Notes: generated from the letters alone by a model not told the origin. DNA of 64,000 nt from an uncultured delta proteobacterium (GCA_963724765.1 CAVRVY010000002.1:1-64000); one strand, 5' to 3'. Counted from the stretch's first letter, positions 48,023-58,606 are shown. A program made the numbers and translations.

Positions 48023-50793
48023 TCCGCATTATCGGAATCGGCAGTCCCTTCGGCGATGACGCCGCGGGGTTGGAGGCCGCGCGAATGTTAGCCGCCGCGC
48101 CTGCGCCGAATTGCGAGGTCCTCGCGGCCGATCGCCCGGGTGCGGAGCTGGTGGATTTGTTGGAAGGCGCCGCCGCCGTGATTCTAATCGACGCGGTGCG
48201 CTCGGGAGCGCCGCCCGGGACGATCCATGAATTCCGGTTCGATGAACTGGACCGCTGCCCGACGGGCTTCGTGTCTTCGCACGATTTGGGCGTCGCCGCG
48301 GCAGTTCAGCTCGCGCGAAAGCTGGGGCGCGCGCCCGCGTCGGGCAGAATAATCGGAATTGAAATCGCATCAGGGAGCACGGCGCAGTTCGGCGGGCTGA
48401 GCGCCGGAACGCGCGAAGCGGTGTGCAGGGCGGTCGAGCGGGTGCGGTCGGCGGCCGTGGAATTCGACGATCGGGGACGCGAGTGCCTGATGATCGCCGG
48501 GACGGTTCAGGGCGTCGGTTTGCGGCCGTTTGTGTGGCGGCTTGCGAAATCACTGCGGCTCACCGGTTTCGTGCGTAACGTCCCCTCCGGAGTCGAGATC
48601 GAAATCGAAGGCGGCCGCGTTCATCTGCGCGAGTTTCGCTGCCGCCTGCAGGCGGAGCTTCCCTGCGCGGCCAGCATCGAAAGCATCGAGGCCGAGCCGC
48701 TGCCGCTGCGCGGCGACACGGAGTTTTCCGCGATGCCGAGTGAGCGCGGACGCGCCGCCACGACTATTCCGCCTGACCTCGCCGCGTGCGCCGAGTGCGT
48801 GCGCGAGATTTTCGATCCCGCCGACCGCCGCTATCGTTATCCATTTACCAACTGCACTGCGTGCGGTCCGCGATTCACCGTGGTTCGCGCGCTGCCCTAC
48901 GATCGCCGGAACACTACGTTGCGCGGCTTTCCGCTGTGCGGCCAGTGCCTGCGCGAGTATGAGGATCCTTCGAATCGGCGCTTCAGGGCCGAACCGATCG
49001 CATGTTCCGAGTGCGGGCCCAAGGCGTGGCTCGAAGTGAGGACGCCGGGATGGAACGACGCGGGGGCCGGCGGCGATTGCGTTGCGCGCGCGGCGGCGAT
49101 TCTGCGGGCGGGCGGTGTGGTCGCCGTTCAGGGCATCGGCGGTGTCCATCTCGCGTGCGACGCCACCAGCGAAGCGGCTGTCGCCCGGCTGCGGGTTATC
49201 AAAAGGCGGGTGGACAAGCCGCTCGCCGTCATGGTCGATTCGATCGGCGCGGCGCGAAGTTTCGCGGAGGTCTCCGCTGAGCAAGGTGACCTCCTCACGG
49301 AGCCGCAAGCGCCGATCGTTTTGCTGCGCAAAGGCAAGGGCGCTCGCCTCGCGCGTGCGATCGCGCCGGGAAACGACCACGTCGGAGTAATGATCGCCTA
49401 CTCGCCGCTGCATCACTTGCTGGTGCGCGACGCGGCTCGCCCGCTCGTAATGACCAGCGCCAACCGGCCGGGCGAGCCGCTGGCTCGCAACGGCGATGAA
49501 GCGCGCGCGATATTCGGGGACCAGGTCGACGCGTTGCTGCTGCACGACCGGCCCATACATCAGCGTTGCGATGACGGCGTCTGGATCGCCGGGCCGCGCG
49601 GTCGGCAACCGATTCGACTAAGCCGCGGCGGCACGCCGCGCGTGCTCAGCGTGCCGGTCGCGGCCCCGGTTCCGATTCTCGGTATGGGCGGCGATATCAA
49701 GAACAGCTTCTGCCTCCTGTCCAACGGCGCCGCCATGATGAGCCAGTACATCGGAACGCTGGAGAGCGTGGCGACGCAGGATCACTTTCGCGATTCGCTG
49801 GAGAAATGGATCGCGATGAGCGGTGTCGCGTTGCGCGTCGCCGCTCACGATCTGCATCCGCAATCGATCGGCCGCGAAATTGCGGAGCGCCTCGAGGTGG
49901 AAACCATCGGCGTGCAGCATCATCACGCGCACGTCGCCGCGTGCATGGCGGAAAACGGCCACCGGCGCCCCGTGATTGGTATCGCCTTCGACGGGACCGG
50001 CTACGGCCCCGACGGTGCAATCTGGGGCGGCGAGGCGATGATCGCCGACTATCGGGACTTTCGCCGGGTCTCGCATCTCCAGTATCTGCCGCTTGCCGGA
50101 GGCGACGCCGCGGTTCGCCACCCCACGCGAATCGCCGCGGCATTCACGCTCGCGCTGTTCGGATCGAAGTTCGGCGATCGAGTATCGGGGCTGGTGGGCG
50201 AAGAAAATGCGCGCATTCTCGCGACGATGGTCGATCAGCGTATCAACACGGTCGAGACTTCCAGTTGTGGCCGGCTGTTCGACGCGGTGGCGGCGCTGCT
50301 CGGTGTGCGGGACGAAATCACCTACGAAGCGCAGGCCGCGATCGAACTGGAAGCGCTGGCCCGCAGCGCGATTTCGTCGAATCATCTCTATCCGTTTTCG
50401 ATGCGCGACGGGGCCGTCCAGACCGGAGATATCCTCGCCGCCGTCATCGACGATCTGGAAAGCAAAACGTCGAAAGTTAAGATAGCGCGGGCGTTTCACG
50501 ACACGATGGCGGAAGTCGCGGCGCGAATGGCGGTGGACGCGCGCGCAAGCAGCGGCATCGGGGTCGTGGCGCTCAGCGGCGGATGTTTTCAAAACCGTCT
50601 GCTGCAAGCGGCGGCGATCCGGCGCATCGAGCGAGAAGGTTTCAGCGTCCTGGTTCATCGCCGGGTGCCGGCCAATGATGGCGGATTGGCCTTAGGGCAA
50701 GCGGTGGTCGCGGCGGCGCGGCTCAACTCTGAATCTCCGGAGGTTCGTCATGTGTCTTGGGGTGCCCGGCAGGATAATCACGATCGTCGATGA
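48019..50793 (+). CDS. hypF: Fusion: hydrogenase maturation endopeptidase (HybD/HycI family) + carbamoyltransferase HypF
   Basis: TTG start overlaps the hyhL stop. IIGIGSPFGDDAAG..LIDAV..SSHDLG (protease) reads without a stop into GTVQGVGLRPFV, CAEC..YPFTNCTACGPR..CGQC..CSECGP, VMTSAN, QHHHAH, DGTGYG, TSSCGRLFD, PANDGG. Confidence 0.9.
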   Translation: MIRIIGIGSPFGDDAAGLEAARMLAAAPAPNCEVLAADRPGAELVDLLEGAAAVILIDAVRSGAPPGTIHEFRFDELDRCPTGFVSSHDLGVAAAVQLARKLGRAPASGRIIGIEIASGSTAQFGGLSAGTREAVCRAVERVRSAAVEFDDRGRECLMIAGTVQGVGLRPFVWRLAKSLRLTGFVRNVPSGVEIEIEGGRVHLREFRCRLQAELPCAASIESIEAEPLPLRGDTEFSAMPSERGRAATTIPPDLAACAECVREIFDPADRRYRYPFTNCTACGPRFTVVRALPYDRRNTTLRGFPLCGQCLREYEDPSNRRFRAEPIACSECGPKAWLEVRTPGWNDAGAGGDCVARAAAILRAGGVVAVQGIGGVHLACDATSEAAVARLRVIKRRVDKPLAVMVDSIGAARSFAEVSAEQGDLLTEPQAPIVLLRKGKGARLARAIAPGNDHVGVMIAYSPLHHLLVRDAARPLVMTSANRPGEPLARNGDEARAIFGDQVDALLLHDRPIHQRCDDGVWIAGPRGRQPIRLSRGGTPRVLSVPVAAPVPILGMGGDIKNSFCLLSNGAAMMSQYIGTLESVATQDHFRDSLEKWIAMSGVALRVAAHDLHPQSIGREIAERLEVETIGVQHHHAHVAACMAENGHRRPVIGIAFDGTGYGPDGAIWGGEAMIADYRDFRRVSHLQYLPLAGGDAAVRHPTRIAAAFTLALFGSKFGDRVSGLVGEENARILATMVDQRINTVETSSCGRLFDAVAALLGVRDEITYEAQAAIELEALARSAISSNHLYPFSMRDGAVQTGDILAAVIDDLESKTSKVKIARAFHDTMAEVAARMAVDARASSGIGVVALSGGCFQNRLLQAAAIRRIEREGFSVLVHRRVPANDGGLALGQAVVAAARLNSESPEVRHVSWGARQDNHDRR

Positions 50794-50998
50794 GCAGGGC
50801 CTGCGGATGGGCGAAATCGATTTCGGCGGCGTCACACGCAAGGTGTGCCTCGCCTATGTGCCGGAGGCAATCGTCGGCGATTACGCGATCGTGCACGCGG
50901 GTTTCGCGATCGGCAAGGTGGATGAAGAAGAAGCGGAGCGAACGCTCGAGCTGGTCGGCGAAATCGAAAGGCATCTCGCAGAGGAAGAGGAGCCATGA
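50750..50998 (+). CDS. hypC: Hydrogenase maturation chaperone HypC
   Basis: [24 protein letters not shown]. Confidence 0.96.
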   Translation: MCLGVPGRIITIVDEQGLRMGEIDFGGVTRKVCLAYVPEAIVGDYAIVHAGFAIGKVDEEEAERTLELVGEIERHLAEEEEP

Positions 50999-52107
50999 AA
51001 TTCCTCGACGAATTTCGCGACGCGTCCGTAGCCCATGGCCTGATCGAGCGGATTCGCCGAACCGTCACGCGGCCCTGGACTATCATGGAAGTCTGCGGCG
51101 GACAGACCCATACCATCGTTCGCTACGGACTCGATGAATTGCTGCCGCGCGAGGTGACGCTGGTTCACGGTCCCGGATGCCCCGTGTGCGTGACGCCGAT
51201 CGAGATGATCGATCTGGCGATCGAGCTATCGGGACGCCCGGGCCTTACGCTGTGTTCGTTCGGCGACATGCTCCGTGTGCCCGGCTCCTCGTGTGACCTG
51301 TTCGACGCGCGTGCGGCCGGCGCCGATGTGCGGGTGGTCTATTCGCCGCTCGATGCGCTGGATCTGGCCCGCCGCGAACCCGCGCGCGAGGTGGTGTTCT
51401 TTGCGGTGGGATTCGAAACGACCGCGCCGACCACTGCGATGGCCGTTCGTCAGGCCGCGCGTCTCGGAATCGCCAAGTTTTCGGTCATCGCCGCGCACGT
51501 GCGCGTTCCGCCCGCCATCGAGGCGATACTTTCCTCCAGCGACAATCGAGTGCAGGGATTTTTGGCGGCGGGCCACGTATGCACGGTCATGGGTGTCGAC
51601 GAGTACCGGCCGCTGGTCGAGAAGTTCAAAGTGCCGATAGTCGTCACCGGCTTCGAGCCGGTGGACCTGCTGCAAGGCGTGGCGATGTGTGTGGCGCAGC
51701 TCGAAGAGGGCCGCGCCGAGGTTGAAAATCAATACGCGCGAGCGGTGCGCAACGAGGGCAACGTCACCGCGCGCGATCTGATGGCGGAAGTGTTCACCTT
51801 CGTCGATCGGCGATGGCGCGGCTTCGATACCCTGTCGAAAAGCGCGCTGGCCCTGAGCGATCGTTACGCGGCTTACGATGCGATTCGGCGGTTTGGCCTG
51901 ACGCGGGCGCCCGCGAACGAGCCCGTGGAATGTCGCGCCGGCCAGGTGTTGCGCGGTCTGCTCAAACCCACGCAATGCCCGGCCTTTGGAAGCTCATGCA
52001 CGCCGGATCATCCGCTCGGCGCTCCGATGGTTTCCGCGGAAGGCGCCTGCGCCGCATATTTTCGTGCCGGCCGGCTCGCCGCGGCGGCGGAGACGGAGGC
52101 GAAATGA
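50995..52107 (+). CDS. hypD: Hydrogenase formation protein HypD
   Basis: [47 protein letters not shown]. Confidence 0.96.
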   Translation: MKFLDEFRDASVAHGLIERIRRTVTRPWTIMEVCGGQTHTIVRYGLDELLPREVTLVHGPGCPVCVTPIEMIDLAIELSGRPGLTLCSFGDMLRVPGSSCDLFDARAAGADVRVVYSPLDALDLARREPAREVVFFAVGFETTAPTTAMAVRQAARLGIAKFSVIAAHVRVPPAIEAILSSSDNRVQGFLAAGHVCTVMGVDEYRPLVEKFKVPIVVTGFEPVDLLQGVAMCVAQLEEGRAEVENQYARAVRNEGNVTARDLMAEVFTFVDRRWRGFDTLSKSALALSDRYAAYDAIRRFGLTRAPANEPVECRAGQVLRGLLKPTQCPAFGSSCTPDHPLGAPMVSAEGACAAYFRAGRLAAAAETEAK

Positions 52108-53171
52108 GCGCTTCGGATCGCAACGGCTCTCCGGCTTCGCTCAGTTGTCCCGTGCCGGCGCGCAAGGGCGAAGTCATCGTACTTGGTCACGGAAGCGGCG
52201 GGCGGCTGACGGCCGAATTGATAGGCAAAGTGTTTCTGCCCGCGCTGGCCAATCCAGTTCTCAGTCGCCTCAACAACAGCGCCGAGATAAAGGTGGGCGC
52301 GAGCCGGGTCGCGTTCACTACCGATTCGTTCGTGGTGAATCCGCTCCGCTTTCCGGGCGGCGATATCGGATCGCTCGCGGTCAACGGCACGGTCAACGAT
52401 CTGGCGGTGGCGGGCGCTCAGCCGATCGGATTGTCGGCCGCGTTTATCCTCGAAGAAGGCTTTCCGATCGCGGAACTCGCGGCGATCGTCCGATCGATGC
52501 GTGCGGCGGCCGACCGCGCCGGCGTCGCGGTGATCGCGGCGGACACGAAAGTCGTCGAACACGGCAACGCGGACGGCCTCTTCATCACGACCAGCGGCGT
52601 GGGCGTGGTGGCAGGCGGGGTCGAGCTCGGGCCCGAGCGAATCCAGGCCGGCGACGCGGTGCTGGTCAGCGGCCCGATTGGCGATCACGGAATCGCCGTG
52701 ATGTCGGCCCGCGAGGGGCTTGAATTCCAAACCACGATCGTCAGCGATAGCGCCCCGCTGAGCGGCCTCGTTCTCCCGATGCTGGAAAGCGGCGGGGCGA
52801 TTCGATGCATGCGCGATCCCACGCGCGGCGGCGTTGCCACGGTGGTCAACGAGCTGGCGAAAAGCTCCGGCGTCGAAATAGTCATCGAGGAGACCGCGGT
52901 GCCGGTGCGCGACGGCGTCCGCGCGGCATGCGAAATCCTCGGCCTCGATCCATTGTACTTCGCATGCGAGGGCAGGCTGGTCGCGATCGTCGACCAGGCG
53001 GATGCGGACCAAATGCTTGAGGCGATGCGCCGCCATCCGCTCGGCAGCGGCTCCTGTCGAATCGGCGCCGTTACCCGAAGCGGCGCGCCGCGCGTGCTGC
53101 TGCGAACGGCCTTCGGAACCATCCGTCTGCTCGACGTGCTCGCCGGCGCGCAACTCCCGCGCATCTGCTGA
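52104..53171 (+). CDS. hypE: Carbamoyl dehydratase HypE
   Basis: [43 protein letters not shown]-terminal LPRIC. Confidence 0.96.
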   Translation: MSASDRNGSPASLSCPVPARKGEVIVLGHGSGGRLTAELIGKVFLPALANPVLSRLNNSAEIKVGASRVAFTTDSFVVNPLRFPGGDIGSLAVNGTVNDLAVAGAQPIGLSAAFILEEGFPIAELAAIVRSMRAAADRAGVAVIAADTKVVEHGNADGLFITTSGVGVVAGGVELGPERIQAGDAVLVSGPIGDHGIAVMSAREGLEFQTTIVSDSAPLSGLVLPMLESGGAIRCMRDPTRGGVATVVNELAKSSGVEIVIEETAVPVRDGVRAACEILGLDPLYFACEGRLVAIVDQADADQMLEAMRRHPLGSGSCRIGAVTRSGAPRVLLRTAFGTIRLLDVLAGAQLPRIC

Positions 53172-53393
53172 GGTTGCTTTGGCCGCCGCCACCTCGTCCA
53201 ACGGCCTGAGCGCCATCAGCCGCGCGTTTGCGGCGAACCTGTCGAAGCAGTCATCCGTCTGGCACAATTATCATGATTCCTATGCGCGGAAAGGAGACAG
53301 GTCTGGCGCCGGAGGAGTCATCGTCATGCTCCGCAAACGGTCCGCGAGCGAAACGGCCAGCGCTCAAAGGCAAGTCTGAACGGCCCGGCCTCG

Positions 53394-53409
53394 TGGCACG
53401 GGCAATGCT
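53394..53409 (+). promoter_or_regulatory. Candidate sigma-54 promoter of the hemerythrin-USP pair
   Basis: TGGCACGGGCAATGCT, one mismatch to TGGCACG-N4-TTGCW, about 40 bp before the ORF. Confidence 0.55.
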
Positions 53410-53450
53410 CAAAGCTCAGGTAGTTCCAAACATTTGGACGAGGCCGAACG

Positions 53451-53942
53451 ATGGAAACCAAACAAGTGCCGCAAGCGGCGAGCGAAGAATCGCAGATGAA
53501 GTTCACTCTGGCGAAGCTGGCCGACGAAGACGTCAAGCTGAGGCAGCCAATCCTTGAGGCGGCCTGGGTCGCGGCCCGGCTTGTGCTCGACCCAGGCAAC
53601 CGTGAGTTGCGCGAACGCGCCGCCAAAGCATGGGCGCGGGTCGATTCCATCATCGTCAGACACCTCGGCAAGGAGGACCGGACCGTGTTCCCATGGGCCG
53701 AGTCGCTCGCGGAGTTTCCCCGCCATCTGGTCGATCGCGCACGTAAAAAGCACGAGCAGATCATGGCGTTGCACGATCTCATTGCCACGCATTCCTTTAA
53801 AAAGGGCGGCGATGACGAAGTCGCCGCCGATGGGCGCAACCTTTGCGTTTACGCGAACACGCTGGACGATCTCATAGCCGGCGAGGAACGCGAGCTGTTC
53901 CCCGTGATGCGCCGGGTGCTGTTCCGTCACCCGCAAACCTGA
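53451..53942 (+). CDS. Hemerythrin-like (HHE) four-helix protein with degenerate ligands
   Basis: RHLGKEDRTVFP, KKHEQI, LDDLIAGEERELFP; two expected His residues are missing. Confidence 0.65.
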   Translation: METKQVPQAASEESQMKFTLAKLADEDVKLRQPILEAAWVAARLVLDPGNRELRERAAKAWARVDSIIVRHLGKEDRTVFPWAESLAEFPRHLVDRARKKHEQIMALHDLIATHSFKKGGDDEVAADGRNLCVYANTLDDLIAGEERELFPVMRRVLFRHPQT

Positions 53943-53997
53943 GCCCCGGAACTTCCGTTTTGCCAACACCCGGCGTGCGAAGGAGGCCTATCCGAAG

Positions 53998-54207
53998 ATG
54001 ACCATCAAGCGAATCCTGGTGCCCACCGATTTTTCCGAGCCTTCGCTCAAAGCGCTCGACTACGCGATCGACTTCACACGAGCGCACAACGCCGAACTCT
54101 TGTTGCTCCACGTGGTCGAGCCCATCCGGCATACCCGGATGGTGCCCGACGTGGCGGCAATCCTGGAGCACCATCGCGCGGAGGCAGCCGAAAAAATCGC
54201 GGAGCTT
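53998..54207 (+). pseudogene. Universal stress protein, 3'-truncated
   Basis: MTIKRILVPTDFSEPSLKALDYA..LLHVVEP, then an abrupt switch to recombinase sequence. Confidence 0.8.
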
Positions 54208-54560
54208 CATTGCGCTGCGAATGAAGCGCCGGGGCGTGGAGATGCGACTCATAATCGGAGGCGCAGACGCCCCGCCGCGCAAGCCTGATGCTGCTCTGCT
54301 GAAAGCGATCGCGCTGGCCCATCGGTGGTTCGAGGAACTCACCTTGGGCCGAGCGACTTCGCTCGCAGCGATCGCCAGCAGCCAGGGCGTTAGCGATCGC
54401 TACGTCGCCCGCCTGATCCGGCTGGCGTTTCTCGCGCCTAAAATCGTCGAAGCGATCCACCGAGCGTGGAGAACTGGCCGATCTAAAACTCACCCCGCAT
54501 GTCGACCTGCCGCTAAACTGGACGACGCAGAAGCGAGTGGTCGGCCTCGAATAGACCTAT
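54208..54560 (+). pseudogene. C-terminal fragment of a serine recombinase paralogue
   Basis: MKRRGVEMRLII..LLKAIALAHRW..YVARLIRLAFLAPKIVEAI matches the C-terminus of 56592-58280. Confidence 0.8.
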
Positions 54561-54566
54561 TGCTCC

Positions 54567-55394
54567 ATGACTAACGCCTCTAAAAACACAATTGTCAAGC
54601 TGCTGGCGGATGCTGGAAGTGCCTGTTTGGACTATCAGGATCGTTCGCTTCGCAATCTACCATCCAAGCGCGTTCAGGCCGATGAAATCTGGAGCTTCGT
54701 CTACTCGAAACAGAAGAATGTTCCCGAAGAAAAGCGCGGTCAATTTGGCTACGGCGACGTGTGGACGTGGACCGCGCTTGATGCGGACAGCAAACTAATC
54801 GTTTGCTGGCACGTAGGTACGCGCGATGCGGATGCGACCTACGAGTTCATGACCGATGTCGCGAGCCGCCTATCGAATAGGGTCCAGTTAACAACCGACG
54901 GCCATGCGGCCTATCTTAGCGCCGTGGATGCAGCTTTTAGTCGCGGCCCCGGTGTCGATTACGCTCAGTTGGTTAAAATCTATGGGACTTCGCCCGAAGC
55001 GCAGAGGCGTTACAGCCCGCCGATCTGCTTGGGTGCGCAAAAAAGCGAGATTCGCGGCACGCCCGATCCCGAGCACATATCGACCAGCTATGTTGAACGC
55101 CAAAACCTATCGATGCGGATGGGGATGCGCCGCTTTACTCGACTGACCAATGCCTTTTCAAAGAAGCTCGAAAACCATATGCACGCGCTCTCGATCTACT
55201 TCATGCACTACAATTTCGTCCGCATCCATCAGACGCTTAGGGTTACGCCCGCGATGGAAGCGGGCGTCACTGACCGGCTATGGTCGCTTGAGGATATCGT
55301 CGGGATTGCGGCGCTATCGAATAGCGTGCAACCGACTCCCAAAGGCCGCAGCCATTTGGACAACTTGAAAGGTGAAGTGTTACCAGTTTCGTAG
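54567..55394 (+). mobile_element. IS1-family transposase, N-terminally truncated
   Basis: VQADEIWSFV..KQKN, WTWTALDADSKLI, LTTDG, YAQLVKIYG, ISTSYVERQNLSMRMGMRRFTRLTNAFSKK. Confidence 0.8.
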
Positions 55395-55477
55395 AGCCTC
55401 GCTCCTAGACCAAGCCATAAACGAAAGGGGCCGAGCCCTTTCGAGCTTCCGGCCACTCATCCGAAGTCGTGTTCGAA

Positions 55478-55762
55478 CTATTTCTTGACCTTCGCCTTCC
55501 TCGCCCGGGCCGCCGACCCATAGCGTTTACTGAAACACTTGCGGCATCGCCGATCCCGCCGCTTGATGAAACTCGGAGCCAGGTCATCGCTCCCGCAATA
55601 GCGGCAACCCAGTTTCCCTGATTTCGACTTGCTGCCCGCCTCCTTCCGGAGCGGCCGTGGGGACTCAGCCTTTTTCCGGACAGCTTTCTTCCCGGCCGAA
55701 GATGGAGAATGTCCGATCGATAGTTCATGCCCGCTTCCGTTCGCCTGTTTCGCGTGTTCCAT
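55478..55762 (-). CDS. Small basic Zn-ribbon protein divergent from the DUF2924-recombinase pair
   Basis: 94 aa, Lys/Arg-rich, CRYCGSDDL..CRKC; GAGGGA RBS. Confidence 0.6.
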   Translation of the reverse strand: MEHAKQANGSGHELSIGHSPSSAGKKAVRKKAESPRPLRKEAGSKSKSGKLGCRYCGSDDLAPSFIKRRDRRCRKCFSKRYGSAARARKAKVKK

Positions 55763-56128
55763 TCCCTCTAAATCTCCTTGAGCCGTAAGGGCTCGTCGGG
55801 ATGTTTGCTCTGGTCGGCGCGTGAAGCGAGTGGTTTCCCCGGTTTTTCCAACGTCATTCGCGCAGAAAAGGGAGAAGCCGGCTATTGGCCCGAATCGACA
55901 GTCTGATCGAGGCGATTGGAAGGCGAATGAAACCAGCGAAATCGCAGCAGAGAAAACGAGGTCTAATGAGAGCGTAAATGCCCAAGTCGCGCGCCGCGCA
56001 CGACTGGCTGTATGTCGCGAATCGAGCAATGTGTGTGTCATTGGGGCAGCAAATAGCGCGGCTCAAGGAGGAGCACATATGAGTTTTGAAGCCGAGTTGA
56101 AAGCCGAGAAGTGTCGAGAGAAACGACT

Positions 56129-56605
56129 ATGAAGCGACAGGTTCGGGACCGTGAAACCCTCGCGTCGGAAATTGCCAGCCTGTCGAAGCTAGGCATCGAC
56201 GAACTCCGCGAGCGCTGGAAAGCTATGTTCGGAAAGGCGCCGTCGCGCGATATCAGCCGATCGTTCCTGACGCGCGCGATCGCATATCGCCTCCAGGAAA
56301 AGGCTTTTGGCGGTCTTAAGCCCTCAACCCGACGCGTGCTGGCCGAGTTGGCCCATGATGGCGCTAACGAGTCGTCTTTGGCCGCGGAACCGTCTCGCAT
56401 CGTGCGGCCCGGCGCGGTGCTGGTGCGTGAATGGCGCGGTATCAGCCGTCAAGTAAGCGTTCTCGAAAAAGGATTTTGCTTCCGGGGCAAGCGTTATCGT
56501 TCGCTCTCGGGAGTCGCGCGCGAGATCACCGGGACTCGATGGTCGGGGCCGTTGTTCTTCGGCCTCAAGCGATCACAAGAGGAACGCCGCGATGGAACAC
56601 GCTAG
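56129..56605 (+). CDS. DUF2924-domain protein
   Basis: ELRERW..IAYRLQE.AFGGL, PGAVLVREWRG, YRSLSGVAREITGTRWSGPLFFGL. Confidence 0.9.
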   Translation: MKRQVRDRETLASEIASLSKLGIDELRERWKAMFGKAPSRDISRSFLTRAIAYRLQEKAFGGLKPSTRRVLAELAHDGANESSLAAEPSRIVRPGAVLVREWRGISRQVSVLEKGFCFRGKRYRSLSGVAREITGTRWSGPLFFGLKRSQEERRDGTR

Positions 56606-58280
56606 GTCGCGAACACGACGCTGCGCGGTCTACACGCGGAAGTCTTCCGAAGAAGGGCTGGAGCAGGACTTCAACTCCCTGCATGCGCAGCGCGAGGCGT
56701 GTGAGGCATTCATCAAGAGCCAGACGGGCGAGGGCTGGCGGCTCATCAAGACCGCCTACGATGATGGCGGCCTTTCGGGCGGGACGATGGAACGTCCCGC
56801 CCTTCAACACCTGTTGGAAGATATCAGGCGGAGACTCGTCGACGTGGTGGTCGTTTACAAGGTCGATCGCCTCACGCGCTCGCTTGCCGACTTCGCCAAG
56901 ATGGTCGAGGTGTTCGACGCGCGCGGCGTTTCGTTTGTTGCAGTCACGCAGCAATTCAACACGACCACTTCGATGGGCCGACTCACGCTGAATGTCCTGC
57001 TTTCGTTCGCGCAATTCGAGCGGGAAGTAACGGGCGAGCGGATCCGGGACAAGATCGCCGCCTCCAAGCGCAAGGGAATGTGGATGGGCGGGGTATCGCC
57101 ACTGGGCTACGACGTCCGCGATCGCCGGCTGGTAGTCAATCGGCCCGAAGCCGTGACAGTGAAACACATCTACGAGCGATATCTCGAACTCGGTTCCGTC
57201 AGGCTCCTGAGAAACGATTTAAAGCGCCGCGAGATTGTCTCCAAAGTCCGGGTGTCGAAAAACGGCGTGCGATCTGGAGGTCGGCAATTCTCGCGCGGAG
57301 CTCTTTATGAGCTGCTGTCGAACCCGATCTACCTCGGCGAGATCCGCCACAAGAAGGAACGCCATCCAGGGCAGCACCAGCCAATAGTGAGCCGCGAGCT
57401 CTGGGAGAAGGTCCAACTGCGCTTGCGCGATCAAGCCGCCACGCATCGCGAACGCCCAACCAAGGCGCCGCCCAGCCCGCTCGCGGGTAAACTGTTCGAC
57501 GAGTACGGCGAGCCCCTGTATGTGCAGGGCGCGGTAAAGGGGACGCGCCACTATCGTTACTACGTCTCGCGTGGATTGGTCAGAGGGTCGGTACAAGATG
57601 AGCGGCGCGGGTGGCGCGTATCTGCACCGGAGCTTGAACGAGCCGTTCGCGCCGCGACTCAGCAGATTCTCGGTGATCGAGCGGCAATCGCCGGAGCGAT
57701 CGGGGAGCTCAACATAGATGCTAACCGATTGCCTTCCATCTTCAAGGTCGCCGAAGCTTGGATTCAAAGTCTGCGATCCGAAGCGGAAGCTGCATCAGCA
57801 CTGACCCGGCTGATCGAACGTGTCGGACTCAAGAAGGACGGCATCCAGATTTCTATCAAATTGCCGATCTCGTCCGATGAAGGGCGTGATGTCGCGACTC
57901 CGAACGAACCCGCGCTAAGTCGATTCGTTCCGATGCGGATGAAGCGGCGCGGCGTTGAGATGCGGCTGATCATTGATGGTGACGCCGCATCCTTAGCACG
58001 CATCGATCTACCGCTGCTCGACGCGACCGCCCGTGCGTATCGATGGTCCAACGATCTGTTGGCGGGTCGGGCGCGGTCGATCGGCGAGATAGCCAGGCGA
58101 GAACATCTTACGGCCCGTCACGTGCGGCGCGTGATGCGGCTGGCGTTCCTGGCGCCCAGGATTGTCGAGGCGATCGTCGAAGGCCGGCAGCCCGCAGACC
58201 TCAGCACTCTAGCGATGACCCAGAGAATCGAACTCCCCCCGCTCTGGAGTGCGCAGCAACAAGCTCTGGAATCCCGATAG
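56592..58280 (+). CDS. Large serine recombinase (resolvase + recombinase domains)
   Basis: CAVYTRKSS (catalytic Ser), YDDGGLSGGTMERPAL, VYKVDRLTRS, SFAQFERE..GERIRDK, PLGY, LSNPIYLG. Confidence 0.95.
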   Translation: MEHARSRTRRCAVYTRKSSEEGLEQDFNSLHAQREACEAFIKSQTGEGWRLIKTAYDDGGLSGGTMERPALQHLLEDIRRRLVDVVVVYKVDRLTRSLADFAKMVEVFDARGVSFVAVTQQFNTTTSMGRLTLNVLLSFAQFEREVTGERIRDKIAASKRKGMWMGGVSPLGYDVRDRRLVVNRPEAVTVKHIYERYLELGSVRLLRNDLKRREIVSKVRVSKNGVRSGGRQFSRGALYELLSNPIYLGEIRHKKERHPGQHQPIVSRELWEKVQLRLRDQAATHRERPTKAPPSPLAGKLFDEYGEPLYVQGAVKGTRHYRYYVSRGLVRGSVQDERRGWRVSAPELERAVRAATQQILGDRAAIAGAIGELNIDANRLPSIFKVAEAWIQSLRSEAEAASALTRLIERVGLKKDGIQISIKLPISSDEGRDVATPNEPALSRFVPMRMKRRGVEMRLIIDGDAASLARIDLPLLDATARAYRWSNDLLAGRARSIGEIARREHLTARHVRRVMRLAFLAPRIVEAIVEGRQPADLSTLAMTQRIELPPLWSAQQQALESR

Positions 58281-58515
58281 ACTCACGCGGGCGTAATTGC
58301 TTGCGTCAGGTAGCGTTCTTCCCGAGAACGCTTCTCCGCAAAATGTCGGCCGGTGCGCAGATGGACATGCCAAAATCGCGAACAGAGAATTTTAAGCGAT
58401 TTTCACGCTCAGCCCCTGCCGTTGGCATTCTCCGCGTCCACGGCCGCGCGTGAATCGCGCCCCACGCGCCGATTTCATCGCTTCTCCATAATGTAGGGAA
58501 GCATGCCAGACTGTG

Positions 58516-58606
58516 TGGCGGAGAGGGGGGGATTCGAACCCCCGGAGCCACAAGGGCTCACGTGATTTCGAGTCACGCCGGTTAAACCAGACTCCCGAAC
58601 CTCTCC
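58516..58606 (-). tRNA. tRNA-Ser (anticodon CGA)
   Basis: Acceptor stem GGAGAGG/CCTCTCC-GCCA, anticodon arm CGTGA-CTCGAAA-TCACG, long variable arm GAGCC..GGCTC, T-loop GGTTCGAATCC. Confidence 0.96.

Noticed and set aside
43186-53267. Many long overlapping and antisense ORFs in the hydrogenase operon
   Set aside because: Expected GC-rich codon-bias shadows with no motifs. The longer starts listed for hyhB, hyhG, hyhS, hypF and hypE are read-through into upstream genes.
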